IMG/VR virus record: IMGVR_UViG_3300025890_003136
Coordinates: 1 to 55,082 of that record
DNA length: 55,082 nt
Reading direction: 5' to 3' (one strand)
Source: a virus
Taxonomy: Duplodnaviria; Caudoviricetes
Below the pieces are notes generated by a model. The model worked only from the letters and a program-made list of their open reading frames with translations, had not been told where the DNA came from and made no database searches. Position 1 is the first letter of the stretch; every line of letters starts with the position of its first letter. This document shows, piece by piece, positions 37,465-47,375 of the stretch. Made by a program: the position numbers and the translations under genes.

Positions 37465-38564
37465 TATAAAGAGAACTTTTTGAATTGTCCTTTTTGGACA
37501 TCTTGTTTGATACCGCCAACGATATAGGATTCCACCTCCGTCTCTTGAGGAGCCACCTGCATACCTTTTGATGACAACCAGTGTTGTGTCCAAGGTAAAG
37601 GATTTTGTGATGCTGACACATTATATATTGGATCATATCCTAATGCTTTTAATCTTTTGTTAGCAATCCATTCAACATATTGTCCTAACAGTTTTTCATT
37701 AAGTCCTATTATAGAACCATCTTTGAATAAATGTTTTGCCCATGCTTTTTCTTCTTCAACACAATCTTTGAACATCTGGATCACAGTTTTTTCTGTGCCT
37801 TTCATTGCTTTGGTCATTTCAGGATCGTCACCTTTTTGCCATGCTTTGATGATGTGTGTTGAAAGATTCAAGTGTGTGGCTTCATCTCTAGCAATCAATG
37901 AAAGTATTTTCGCTGAACCTTCCATTAATTTAAGTTCGCCAAATGCAAATGTACATGCAAATGAAATATAAAATCTTAAACCTTCTAATAGGTTAACTGT
38001 GTTCATTGCATAATACAATTGTTTTTTAAGATCAATCATGTCCATCTTTTTGCCTACAGCATAATCTAATGCCATCTTGCCAAACTTGTCATACTCTCCT
38101 GTTACTGATTGAGCTCTCTTTAATATCTCTTTGTCATCCAGTATAGTGTCAAATACTTCTGCAGGGTCACTGTAGATGTTCTTCATGATGTGTGTGTATG
38201 ATCTTGAGTGTATGGTTTCAAAGAAATCCCATGTCACTATACATCCTTCCAGCTCTGGATTGGAAACATAAGGTAGGAACATTAGACTTGGTCCTCTGCC
38301 CTGCACTGAATCCAACAGTGTTTGATATTTCAGATTACTTGTGAATATGTGTTTTTGTTCTGGTCTGAAACTTTGATAATCTGCTCTGTCTTTTTGTAAT
38401 GAAACTTCTTCAGGTCTCCAAAAGTAACCAATCATTGTTTGATTTAATTTGTCAAACTGTGGATATTTAAAATCGTCATATCTTTGCACACCGCCATCTT
38501 CACCAAAGAACATGGGCTGTTTTAAGAAATCTACTTTCTGTTTATTGAATACTGTTTTTGTCAT
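37464..38564 (-). CDS. nrdB: Class Ia ribonucleotide reductase beta subunit
   Basis: FWRPEEV, LLDSVQ, ETIHSRSY, LEG.RFY.SF, RDE..H, APQETE. Confidence 0.96.
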   Translation of the reverse strand: MTKTVFNKQKVDFLKQPMFFGEDGGVQRYDDFKYPQFDKLNQTMIGYFWRPEEVSLQKDRADYQSFRPEQKHIFTSNLKYQTLLDSVQGRGPSLMFLPYVSNPELEGCIVTWDFFETIHSRSYTHIMKNIYSDPAEVFDTILDDKEILKRAQSVTGEYDKFGKMALDYAVGKKMDMIDLKKQLYYAMNTVNLLEGLRFYISFACTFAFGELKLMEGSAKILSLIARDEATHLNLSTHIIKAWQKGDDPEMTKAMKGTEKTVIQMFKDCVEEEKAWAKHLFKDGSIIGLNEKLLGQYVEWIANKRLKALGYDPIYNVSASQNPLPWTQHWLSSKGMQVAPQETEVESYIVGGIKQDVQKGQFKKFSL

Positions 38565-38601
38565 CTAATTTAGTTATCCGTTTTTAAAAATTATAATATG
38601 A

Positions 38602-40986
38602 TTATATTGTACAGGCATCACATTCGCCATCTTCCAAATCTGCTAGTTGTTCTTCCACGGTTGATTCTCCGTTTACTCCATTTGGATGAGCACCATTCAC
38701 CTTTGCTGACATTGTGTCTATGCCTGCTGGTTGCACATCTTCTTCTTCACCTTTGAAGTCATAAGTGTTTTGATAGTAACTTGTTTTCCAACCATATTTG
38801 TATGCTGACAGCATGTCTTGTGCCATTGCTGAAATAGGCACTTCGTTGTTGTCATAGTGCAATGGATTGTAACTCCAATTGCCTGATATGGCTTGATCAA
38901 AATATTTCTGCATCATAGCAACCACATTGATGTAACCTGTGTTGTCTGGCATATCCCAAAGCAATGTGTAAGCATTTTTAAGTTTAGGATAGCCTGGTGC
39001 TATTTGTTTTAGTGGACCTTTTTTACTTTTCTTAATTGATAGCAATGCTCTTGGTGGTTCAATACCATTTGTTTCGTTACTAACAACGGAAGAACTTTCT
39101 GAAGGCATCTGTGCTGACAGTGTGCTGTGTCTCAGTCCATGCTTGGCAATGTCTTTTCTCAACGCCTCCCATGCATATCTTTGTTTGTGTGGCACAATTT
39201 CGTCAATTTCTTTCTTGTAATGATCAATTGGCAATAAACCATCTGCATATTTTGTTTGTTTAAATCCTTCACAAGCACCTTTTTCCTGTGCAATCAAGTT
39301 GCTGGCTTTTAGTAGATAGAATTGAAATGCTTCAGACAGTCTGTCTACAGAATCCCAAGCACCTTTCTCATGATATTTGTGTCCTTGTTTTGCTAGGTAG
39401 TGTGCTAGTCCAATATATCCTATGCCTAAACTTCTTCTTGATTTTGTAGATATCTCTGCCGCTTTAACTGGATAATCTTGATATTCTATAATTTCTTCCA
39501 ATGCTCTAACTGCCAACTCACATAAGTTTTCTAAATCTTCAAGGTTGTTAAGTTGTCCTACATTGATTGCACTCAAGATACACAATGCTATTTCTCCTTG
39601 CGAATCATCTATTGCACTGATAGGCGTTGTGGGCAGTGTGATCTCTTGACACAAATTACTCATTGATACTTTGTCTTTGAAAGATGAGTGACTGTTTGCA
39701 TGGTCAATGTTCATGATGTAAATTCTGCCTGTTTCTGCTCTTTCTTTCAACAAGTCGGAAAATAAATCTTGTGCTGGAATTGACTTCTTATTGACTGATG
39801 AATCTTTTTCATATTTTTTATACAGTGCGTCAAATTTATCTGTACCGAATGCATCATACAATCCTGGTGCATCATGTGGTGAGAATAATGTAATATCTTC
39901 ATCGTTCATAAATCTTTCATAGAACATTTTAGATATCTGTATTGAATAATCCAACTTACGTACTCTGTTGTCTTCTGTGCCTTTGTTGTTCTTAAGCACA
40001 AGGATGTCTTCAATCTCTTGGTGCCATATAGGAAAGTGTACAGTTGCTGATCCGCCACGCACACCATTCTGTGTACAACATCTCACAGTTGATTCGAATT
40101 TTTTAAGGAACGGAATGACTCCTGTGTGTTGGACCTCTCCTCCTCTTATTTTTGCATTGATACCTCTGATACGTCCTGCATTGATTCCTATACCTGCTCT
40201 TCTGGCAACATACAATCCAATTGCCATGTCACTTGAAAATATTGAAGGTAATGTATCATCTGAATCTATCAATACGCATGAAGCAAATTGTCTAATAGGA
40301 GTTCTTACTCCTGCCATTACTGGAGTTGGAATATTGATTTTAAATGTTGATACAGCATCATAGTATTTTTTAACATAACTCATTCTAGTTTTTGCTGGAT
40401 ATTCTGCAAACAGTGTTGCCGCAATCATCATGTACATGTCTTGTGGAGTTTCAAATAAATCTCCTGATGATCTATCTTGCACAAGATATTTGTCTACAAC
40501 TTGTCTTAAACCTGCATATGTAAAATCAAGATCTCTTTCTCTCTTGATCCATGTATTCATTTTTTTAATTTCTGTTTTATTGTATTTTTCTACAATGCCT
40601 TTATCGTAAACACCTGCTTTAATATTTCTTAAAATTAGTTTTAACAAAGGCATGTATTCATATTGACCATGTGCTTCTTTACGCACATCATATGAAAGTA
40701 ACCTTGCCGCGGCATATTGATAGTTAGGTGCTTCTAATGAAATAAGATCGTTTGCTGAACGCACTAAAATTTGTTGAACTTCTTTTGTGGTCATGCCATC
40801 GTAGAATTGTATGTTGGCATTAATTTCTATTTGTGATGAAGATACACCTGCTAATCCTTCACAGGCTTCTTCCACAACAAAATGAATTTTGTCTATGTCT
40901 AATGGCTCTGCTCGTCCATCTCTTTTCTTAATTTTAATTGCCGATGTGTTGATGATTGCTTCTTTAGTCGACGTATTCAATTCCAT
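38602..40986 (-). CDS. nrdA: Class Ia ribonucleotide reductase alpha subunit
   Basis: ATP-cone, PTPVMAG, FASC, SNLCQEI, KTSYY, C-terminal CDAC. Confidence 0.97.
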   Translation of the reverse strand: MELNTSTKEAIINTSAIKIKKRDGRAEPLDIDKIHFVVEEACEGLAGVSSSQIEINANIQFYDGMTTKEVQQILVRSANDLISLEAPNYQYAAARLLSYDVRKEAHGQYEYMPLLKLILRNIKAGVYDKGIVEKYNKTEIKKMNTWIKRERDLDFTYAGLRQVVDKYLVQDRSSGDLFETPQDMYMMIAATLFAEYPAKTRMSYVKKYYDAVSTFKINIPTPVMAGVRTPIRQFASCVLIDSDDTLPSIFSSDMAIGLYVARRAGIGINAGRIRGINAKIRGGEVQHTGVIPFLKKFESTVRCCTQNGVRGGSATVHFPIWHQEIEDILVLKNNKGTEDNRVRKLDYSIQISKMFYERFMNDEDITLFSPHDAPGLYDAFGTDKFDALYKKYEKDSSVNKKSIPAQDLFSDLLKERAETGRIYIMNIDHANSHSSFKDKVSMSNLCQEITLPTTPISAIDDSQGEIALCILSAINVGQLNNLEDLENLCELAVRALEEIIEYQDYPVKAAEISTKSRRSLGIGYIGLAHYLAKQGHKYHEKGAWDSVDRLSEAFQFYLLKASNLIAQEKGACEGFKQTKYADGLLPIDHYKKEIDEIVPHKQRYAWEALRKDIAKHGLRHSTLSAQMPSESSSVVSNETNGIEPPRALLSIKKSKKGPLKQIAPGYPKLKNAYTLLWDMPDNTGYINVVAMMQKYFDQAISGNWSYNPLHYDNNEVPISAMAQDMLSAYKYGWKTSYYQNTYDFKGEEEDVQPAGIDTMSAKVNGAHPNGVNGESTVEEQLADLEDGECDACTI

Positions 40987-41011
40987 TGTATTCCTATTCT
41001 TATTAATTCTA

Positions 41012-41494
41012 TTACGTATTTATCGGTTCTTGTATATGGGTAGTATATTGTAGAATATAGTTTTTGTCAAACTCTGATTTGCTTAATTTTGCCATACTGT
41101 GCGTGTCTATTAAACTGTTATTCATTTCAATAATGTAATTAAACTTATGGTTGTTTGAACTATCTTCCTTCTTATAAACTGTATGTATCTTAACATTTTC
41201 ATCTTTAAAATTATCAGTTAATAAAACAGTATAACTGACTAATAAAGAAATGTCAACAAGATCATATTCATTTTTTTCAATCAATTGCCATCCATCCAGC
41301 CAGGTGTCTCTTTTGTAGATATTGGTGTTGGTTTTGGTTCTTGGACAATATTGAAATATGTTGACCAAGACATCAACAGGATCTTCTACTTCATTGATTA
41401 AATTACGTATGCTTTGCCAGTCTTCAAGACGTTCGGTATAGTCACCGTAAAAAATATTAGGCTTATGAGATATTTTGAATTTGAATTGTGACAT
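41012..41494 (-). CDS. Hypothetical protein
   Basis: 160-aa ORF; start uncertain. Confidence 0.55.
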   Translation of the reverse strand: MSQFKFKISHKPNIFYGDYTERLEDWQSIRNLINEVEDPVDVLVNIFQYCPRTKTNTNIYKRDTWLDGWQLIEKNEYDLVDISLLVSYTVLLTDNFKDENVKIHTVYKKEDSSNNHKFNYIIEMNNSLIDTHSMAKLSKSEFDKNYILQYTTHIQEPINT

Positions 41495-43073
41495 TGGCTA
41501 ATTCTGATGAATTCACCGGAGCAGGATTAATTGCTTCAATCACTAGAGTTTCGAAATCAGTGTCTGCGTTCAAATCATTTAGTGTAACTTGAAAGTTCAA
41601 TCCATCTGCTTTATCTCCTTGGAAATCATAATCGTCACTGATATGGCTTGTATTATTTTCTTTGTCTATTATTATTGTAAGAGTGCCTTTTCTCATTCCT
41701 GTGTCTACTGTGTTTTTGTAAAGATAATTCATATGAATTGTTTTGCTTGTGTCTGCTGGTAATCTTAAAAAATCAGTGTATGCATTTAATTGTCCAATAT
41801 TAAATTTATTGGTAAAATTAAAGTTGCCTGAATATGATCCTTCTACTTCTGTGATGTAAGCGATGTTGTTGAAGTTGCGTATCATTGCGTTTGTTCTAGC
41901 AAAGAAATCATTTTGAGTAACATTTTGATTGCTTTCAAATTTAATCACACTGTGAACTGGTGCAGTGTCTAGTCCAGCATCATTACCAACTTTTAAAAAG
42001 TTGTTTGCTTGACTGATATTGCCTGCTCCATTTTTAATCCAAATACCTTGTTGATTGATTTCATTAAATTTTGAATTGCTAACAGTGTTGTTGACTGGAC
42101 CTGTTGCTTGTCCAACAGCACCTAGCACAGTGTCTTTTCCAAATACAACTCCGTATCCACATTCTTCAATCATAGAATTATCAAATGTGTTGTGTACAAT
42201 ATCATCATCGCTTGATACTGCATATGAAAAATTAGATATTTTAATTTTTTCAAATTTATTGTCTTTGGATGTTACTGGAGTAGATGTTGCTTCTAATAAA
42301 ATTCCAATTTGTGTTGCCACCAATGCGGCTCCTTGTGCCTGAACCCATGGACCTTTGATGTTGATGTCTGTGAATGAACTGTTTTTACAACTTGCTAATT
42401 TTAATCCTGGTTGTGTGGTGTTGCTATCAAGAGTCAATCCTTTTAATTCAATATTGGTTGCTTGATTCAATGAAGTTGTTTGTGCCGCAATACCTTCGCC
42501 ATTGATTGTTTCTAACACAGGAAAAACTCCTGTTTGATTTATTACAGTTTTGTCACTGCCGTCGCCAATGATCGAAGCATGAGGAGGTAATTTTAAACTG
42601 TTTGTAATTTTGTATAATCCTGCAGATAATTTTAGTGTGATTCTTTTTTTGTAGTTGTCTGCATCTTGTGAACTGCTCCAAGGAAGAAACAGTTGATCAA
42701 TCGCTCTTTGCAATGCTAGAGTGTCATCTGTTGTGCCATCACCTACTGCACCAAAAGATGTAGCATTGATAATATCATCTAGTCTTGATTGTAAACTTCT
42801 TTTGATAGGAGTGGCTGAAGTGGCACCTGTTTGTATGTTTGAACCATTGCGATAAGTGTATTGATCACTCAACGTGAACAAGTTATCATGTTCTGTTAAT
42901 ACTTTAGAATTGCCTACTGCTGGAGCACCTTCAGACACAGCACCATTACCTATGTAAAGTTCTTGTGTGTCCACTGCCCAACCTAGTTCTCCGCCCGCTA
43001 GTTGTGGTAATCCAGAACCTAGGTTCTTTCTACCTCTTCTAATCTGAATTCTTGATATTGATACAATTGCCAA
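41463..43073 (-). CDS. Tail/baseplate protein with pectate-lyase-like beta-helix
   Basis: QIRRG..LAGGELGWAVDT N-terminus; FGAVGDGTTDDT.ALQRAI; AGLYKI. Confidence 0.75.
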   Translation of the reverse strand: MAIVSISRIQIRRGRKNLGSGLPQLAGGELGWAVDTQELYIGNGAVSEGAPAVGNSKVLTEHDNLFTLSDQYTYRNGSNIQTGATSATPIKRSLQSRLDDIINATSFGAVGDGTTDDTLALQRAIDQLFLPWSSSQDADNYKKRITLKLSAGLYKITNSLKLPPHASIIGDGSDKTVINQTGVFPVLETINGEGIAAQTTSLNQATNIELKGLTLDSNTTQPGLKLASCKNSSFTDINIKGPWVQAQGAALVATQIGILLEATSTPVTSKDNKFEKIKISNFSYAVSSDDDIVHNTFDNSMIEECGYGVVFGKDTVLGAVGQATGPVNNTVSNSKFNEINQQGIWIKNGAGNISQANNFLKVGNDAGLDTAPVHSVIKFESNQNVTQNDFFARTNAMIRNFNNIAYITEVEGSYSGNFNFTNKFNIGQLNAYTDFLRLPADTSKTIHMNYLYKNTVDTGMRKGTLTIIIDKENNTSHISDDYDFQGDKADGLNFQVTLNDLNADTDFETLVIEAINPAPVNSSELANVTIQIQNIS

Positions 43074-43128
43074 TGTTTTTCTCCTGCTGTGTGTATTTAT
43101 CGAGTGACTTGGTATAATTGATGTTGAT

Positions 43129-43812
43129 TTAAACTGCGTGTTTAATATAATACTCTTCTACTCTACGCCACCACTGATCTTTGTATTTGCTGTAATTTAG
43201 AGGGGTAATATCAAATTGTTGGTATGTAAAATCCCTAGCACACATGAACACGTGCCCTTCTTTGATATCTGTATTGTAAATTTCATTGTGTGCTTCGGCA
43301 TAAGCCACCAACTGTAAAAAATAATCTTCGATCCATTCTTTCTTTTTAGGCTTGTTGGTCTGTTTAAAGTCAATGATGCAAGGTGCTCCTTTGTACTCTC
43401 CAACACAATCTGTGGTGCCTGCATAAATTTTAGGAAAGTAAAGTCCAATTTCTGATCCCCATATTTCATTAACATCTACCAATGCATTTTTGTACACAAC
43501 TTGTGCCATTTCAAATGCTTGTTTGGCATAAGGATTAGATCCTGGAGAAGGCCATTCGCCTAGTTCAATATAGTCTTCAAGGTATTTGTGCATTCTTGTT
43601 CCTATGCCTGCGGCTTCTGTGGTAATACGTTTTGCATTTTGTTCACCAACTCTTTTGCGCCATTCTATGAGATGTGTTTTATCTTTGGTTGCGTCTAATA
43701 TTGTGGTTACACTTGCCACAGCACTGCCATCTGGACATTGGTAAACTCTTTTTCCATTAAGAGAGGTTCGTGATAATTTTTTGTAATCTATTTTATTTGT
43801 AATTAAGGTCAT
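43129..43812 (-). CDS. PD-(D/E)XK exonuclease
   Basis: SVTTIL, GT.MH, AGTTD, IIDFK, QL.AY. Confidence 0.85.
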   Translation of the reverse strand: MTLITNKIDYKKLSRTSLNGKRVYQCPDGSAVASVTTILDATKDKTHLIEWRKRVGEQNAKRITTEAAGIGTRMHKYLEDYIELGEWPSPGSNPYAKQAFEMAQVVYKNALVDVNEIWGSEIGLYFPKIYAGTTDCVGEYKGAPCIIDFKQTNKPKKKEWIEDYFLQLVAYAEAHNEIYNTDIKEGHVFMCARDFTYQQFDITPLNYSKYKDQWWRRVEEYYIKHAV

Positions 43813-44392
43813 TTTTTATTGTTTCACTGTTGAATGCGAAACTCATCCTATTGTTGGTTGTACTTAACACATGACTGACATAGTGCCAGAGCCATGATGG
43901 AAAGTATACACATTGATTTAGTTGTGGTTGCACACTTACTCGGTCACTATTGAATTCATTTGTTTGTTCAATTATGCTACTCTTGAACACATAACTCATT
44001 TGATTGTTTGGATTGATGAATGTAAGTGGAGCACTGCCTTTATCAGCAACGGGCCAATACACAGCACTGAACACACCGTCCACGTGTCTGTGAGGTGATT
44101 CAATGGCACTGTTATCACTGCCATCATTTACCCAGAGACTGGAAACTTTTTGTGTGTGTGAATTTGATAATCCCATTTGTGAATGCAGTTCATTAAAACC
44201 AATTTCAATTTTATCAATCAGTTCTTTCAGCATGGGGTCACTTTTATCTAGGTGATTACTGTCAGTTGACTTATAATTTTTTGTACCATTAAAATTTATT
44301 TCCTGTTTAGCCCAAGATATCAATTGTTCTCTGTTTGCGATGTCTATGTTTTCAACAGCCAGAAAACTGCTAAAGATTGGATTAACTTTCAT
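43793..44392 (-). CDS. 2OG-Fe(II) oxygenase (TIGR02466-like)
   Basis: WVN, HRH, SAVYW, FPSWLWH, RMSFAFN. Confidence 0.85.
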   Translation of the reverse strand: MKVNPIFSSFLAVENIDIANREQLISWAKQEINFNGTKNYKSTDSNHLDKSDPMLKELIDKIEIGFNELHSQMGLSNSHTQKVSSLWVNDGSDNSAIESPHRHVDGVFSAVYWPVADKGSAPLTFINPNNQMSYVFKSSIIEQTNEFNSDRVSVQPQLNQCVYFPSWLWHYVSHVLSTTNNRMSFAFNSETIKNDLNYK

Positions 44393-44430
44393 TAACTGAT
44401 AATAAACTATATTTTAAAAAATGTCAAGTA

Positions 44431-44760
44431 TTATGTGCGTTTTTTGGTTGCTCTCTTTGCCATGGTGTTTAAACTGGCAGAGCGGTCACCTTTTTTTGTA
44501 GGAATGTTTGGTTCTTCAGCGTCAGTGTCAAGTGTGATACCTGACTTGTCAAATGTTTTGATCATTTTTTTGATTGAAGAATTCTTGTTGTAGAGATTTT
44601 TAAAACTGTCGTGATTGATTGAGAAGCCTCCGACGTTGGTCATTATCTTGTTCAACGCATCAAAAGACAAGTATGCTTTTTGATTGCGTGAATCAGCACT
44701 GCTGATTAAATTTCTAAGAACTTGAATTAACTCTGCGCCTGAGGCTTCAGAAATTAAGCC
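44431..44760 (-). CDS. Head-cluster reading frame without a good start; probable -1 frameshift extension of the upstream gene
   Basis: Frame open from GGC at 44760 (GLISEASGAELIQVLRNL...) to TAA at 44431; first canonical start is a TTG 30 codons in. Confidence 0.6.
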   Translation of the reverse strand, partial: GLISEASGAELIQVLRNLISSADSRNQKAYLSFDALNKIMTNVGGFSINHDSFKNLYNKNSSIKKMIKTFDKSGITLDTDAEEPNIPTKKGDRSASLNTMAKRATKKRT

Positions 44761-45947
44761 TTTTTTTTTGAACTTGTTGAAAGTGTTTCTGCTAGTCTTC
44801 TAGACAAATGAATCATTGATTCTCTTTTGCTTCTGTCTGCTGGTTCTTCACCGCCTGTTGCTGGTTCGCTTGCCGAAAAATCGTCTGCTTGATCTGGCAT
44901 GTCTGCATCAGCATCTGTTGTAGGTTCCATCTCTGGTTCCATAGTATCGCTGTCCGCTCCAATTGTATCTGGTGCTTGTTCGCCTGTCAGTACGGCTACG
45001 CCGCCTGTTAGTGATTCTCTTGTTGCTTCTAATGAAGTGTATAAAGATTCTAAACTTGGCTTCACTGCATTAGTAAATTGTTCAGATTGTTCTACTCCCA
45101 TTTCGTCTCTAATAGCATCTGCTAACTCTAGCATTGTTTCAGTTTGCATAGATGCTGTGTCTTCCATCCAACCAGTAATTTTATCAACCATGTCTTTAGC
45201 CGCCATTACCAATTGAGCTGATTCTTCTGCGCCTTCTTTAACTGCTTTTTTCTTTTTGTCTTGCACTGCTTTTTTCATAGGTTCTTTTTTATCCCCATCT
45301 TTGTCCATGTCTAAAAAATCTGGTTTTGCTTTTTCATTCATTGCTGTGGCTAATAAATCTTCTGCATCTTGAAGTGTAAATTCTTTATCGCCTACTTTAA
45401 ACTTGTCGCCTTTTTTCATGCCTGCCGCTTTGGCTTTTTGAACTGCGTCTGCGAAAGCATTGCCTTCCATTGGCTCATCTTTTTGTGATCCATCGTCTTC
45501 AAATTCGTTTTCAACTTTTTGTTTTGCATAGTGTAAAGCAGATGCTTCGTCACCTTGTGCTGTTGCCTGTCTTTTCTCTATGTCAGCGATCACAGCCTGC
45601 TTGTTCATTTTTAATGCTTCTTTGTCCATGTCAAAGTAGTCACCTACTATTTCATCTGCTTGGATTAAAATATCGTTTTGTAATTTTGCTTCTACTGTTC
45701 TGTCATTGATTGCAGAATCTAGTACGTCTAAAAACATTTTTTGCTTGTGGTAGTCTTCGTTGTGACTTAACCCATCAAAGGATTCATTTTGCTCTATGTT
45801 GACAATCTTGTCCAACACACTTGAACGAGCAGTTTCTAACTGTGCGTCTGTGAATTGATCTAATTGGATTGCTGAGCCAAACACTTTTGACAGTCTATCA
45901 TTCAACTGTTCTGTTGTTGCTTGGTGTCTAAATTGCTCTATTTTCAT
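44754..45947 (-). CDS. Putative prohead core/scaffold protein
   Basis: Acidic and helical; KPDFLDMDKDGDKKEPMKKA motif; ends SKKKA; TAAATA and SD upstream. Confidence 0.65.
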   Translation of the reverse strand: MKIEQFRHQATTEQLNDRLSKVFGSAIQLDQFTDAQLETARSSVLDKIVNIEQNESFDGLSHNEDYHKQKMFLDVLDSAINDRTVEAKLQNDILIQADEIVGDYFDMDKEALKMNKQAVIADIEKRQATAQGDEASALHYAKQKVENEFEDDGSQKDEPMEGNAFADAVQKAKAAGMKKGDKFKVGDKEFTLQDAEDLLATAMNEKAKPDFLDMDKDGDKKEPMKKAVQDKKKKAVKEGAEESAQLVMAAKDMVDKITGWMEDTASMQTETMLELADAIRDEMGVEQSEQFTNAVKPSLESLYTSLEATRESLTGGVAVLTGEQAPDTIGADSDTMEPEMEPTTDADADMPDQADDFSASEPATGGEEPADRSKRESMIHLSRRLAETLSTSSKKKA

Positions 45948-45967
45948 CTTTTGTTCCTTTGCTAGTT

Positions 45968-46393
45968 TTATTTATCAAATATGTAGTCGTCTAGGGTGTC
46001 TCTTAGCCTGAGTAAATCTTCCCACACAATATCATATCGTATTTTAGCAGTTTCTCTCTTGATATCATCATCGGTTCTGGCTATTGTGTGTTTGTAAAAC
46101 ACACATTCGTTGTATTTGTTGTGTATTTGGTCATCTGTTGAGCCTATATGACGCAGGCTTTGTTGGTTGTTTTGTGACATCTGTCGGGCCATTGCCAATG
46201 CCGCTGTTTTTGTGAATGTTGTGGCAACTTGCTTGTGGTTTTTGATATCATACAATAGAAATCCCATGCTGTTTTCACGCACCACAAAGTTTTTAATCCT
46301 CAAACTGTTGCCATGTTGAATGGGCAAACACACCTGTTCAGCCTGTTTGTCTATGAATAATTTAAGTTTTTTAGATAGTTTCTTTAGATCCAT
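45968..46393 (-). CDS. Hypothetical protein
   Basis: Packed ORF; start at ATG 46393. Confidence 0.6.
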   Translation of the reverse strand: MDLKKLSKKLKLFIDKQAEQVCLPIQHGNSLRIKNFVVRENSMGFLLYDIKNHKQVATTFTKTAALAMARQMSQNNQQSLRHIGSTDDQIHNKYNECVFYKHTIARTDDDIKRETAKIRYDIVWEDLLRLRDTLDDYIFDK

Positions 46394-46586
46394 TTGCAAC
46401 CACCAATGTTTTGTCGCCCTGTTCAATGCGACGTACCAAACTCTTGTTAATAAGATTTCGTATCACTTCTTGTTCTCTTTCTAAAAAGTTATCCATATTT
46501 GTTATTTCTTTTAGTTTATCCAACATCTGTTGTTCTTCGTTGGAAGTTTGAATTACAAATTCTGTTACAAGTTCGTTTATTTTCAT
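46371..46586 (-). CDS. Small wHTH-like putative internal head protein
   Basis: MKINELVTE; EREQ.VI.NLINKSLV. Confidence 0.6.
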   Translation of the reverse strand: MKINELVTEFVIQTSNEEQQMLDKLKEITNMDNFLEREQEVIRNLINKSLVRRIEQGDKTLVVANGSKETI

Positions 46587-46963
46587 TATTGTGTTGCTTT
46601 TTGTCTACGTTGTAGATTGGTAATCACAGGATTTAAATCTTTTTTATTCACTGTGATTGATTGAGGTGCTTGAGCTGACGGAGTTTTGGTCTTCATTGTG
46701 ACTTCATCTCCATTAACTTTGTCCACTTCATAATCTGTTTCTTTGTTTGCCGCCGTTGGTATCGGCACAGTTTTACCTGGCTTGACTATTTGTTGTTGTG
46801 CTTGAGTATTGGTTTGTTTCAGTGGTGCTTTCACTGAGGCCGATTTAATTGGACCTTTAGGCAGTTTGTTAGGAGGCACAGGTGCTCCTGATTTTTGTTG
46901 ACTGCTCAATGTGTTCAGTGTCTTTTGTAGGTACGGAGTTTCTGTAATTTCAATTATCTTCAT
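46586..46963 (-). CDS. Putative internal head protein
   Basis: MKIIEITE N-terminus; P/Q/K-rich. Confidence 0.55.
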   Translation of the reverse strand: MKIIEITETPYLQKTLNTLSSQQKSGAPVPPNKLPKGPIKSASVKAPLKQTNTQAQQQIVKPGKTVPIPTAANKETDYEVDKVNGDEVTMKTKTPSAQAPQSITVNKKDLNPVITNLQRRQKATQ

Positions 46964-47325
46964 GTGCTTATTGGTTTCCTTTTTCCGCCACCACTTCTTC
47001 TGAATGTTTTTCTTCCAACACTTCGTCTGTTTGGTCTGCTTCTTGATGCACTGGGTCTATTTAATTTTCCTAATCTAATACTGGCTCCAGCAGTTTTCTT
47101 TGTTCTGGATCTCTTAATTTTCATTGTGGATCCTGATCTTGCTTTGGCTTTTTTGATTGCCATCACTGATCCTAATTTTTTAGGTTGAGTACACACTGAA
47201 GGAGAACTGACCACACGTCCTTTACGAGGACCTGCTGTGCATCTGTACTTCCTCACCATTTTGCCTGTTTTGGAACGTGACCAAATTTGGACAACTGATT
47301 CTGTGACTATTTCTGTAATTTTCAT
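46960..47325 (-). CDS. Highly basic putative internal head protein
   Basis: MKITEIVTES; KYRCT.GPRKGR.V...C; Arg/Lys-rich. Confidence 0.65.
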   Translation of the reverse strand: MKITEIVTESVVQIWSRSKTGKMVRKYRCTAGPRKGRVVSSPSVCTQPKKLGSVMAIKKAKARSGSTMKIKRSRTKKTAGASIRLGKLNRPSASRSRPNRRSVGRKTFRRSGGGKRKPIST

Positions 47326-47375
47326 ACTTTACCCTGTGTTGTATGAATATTTAGCAGTTGTGGGGGGTGTTTGAA

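Noticed and set aside
37464-40986. Introns or inteins in nrdA/nrdB
   Set aside because: Both ORFs are continuous and of normal length
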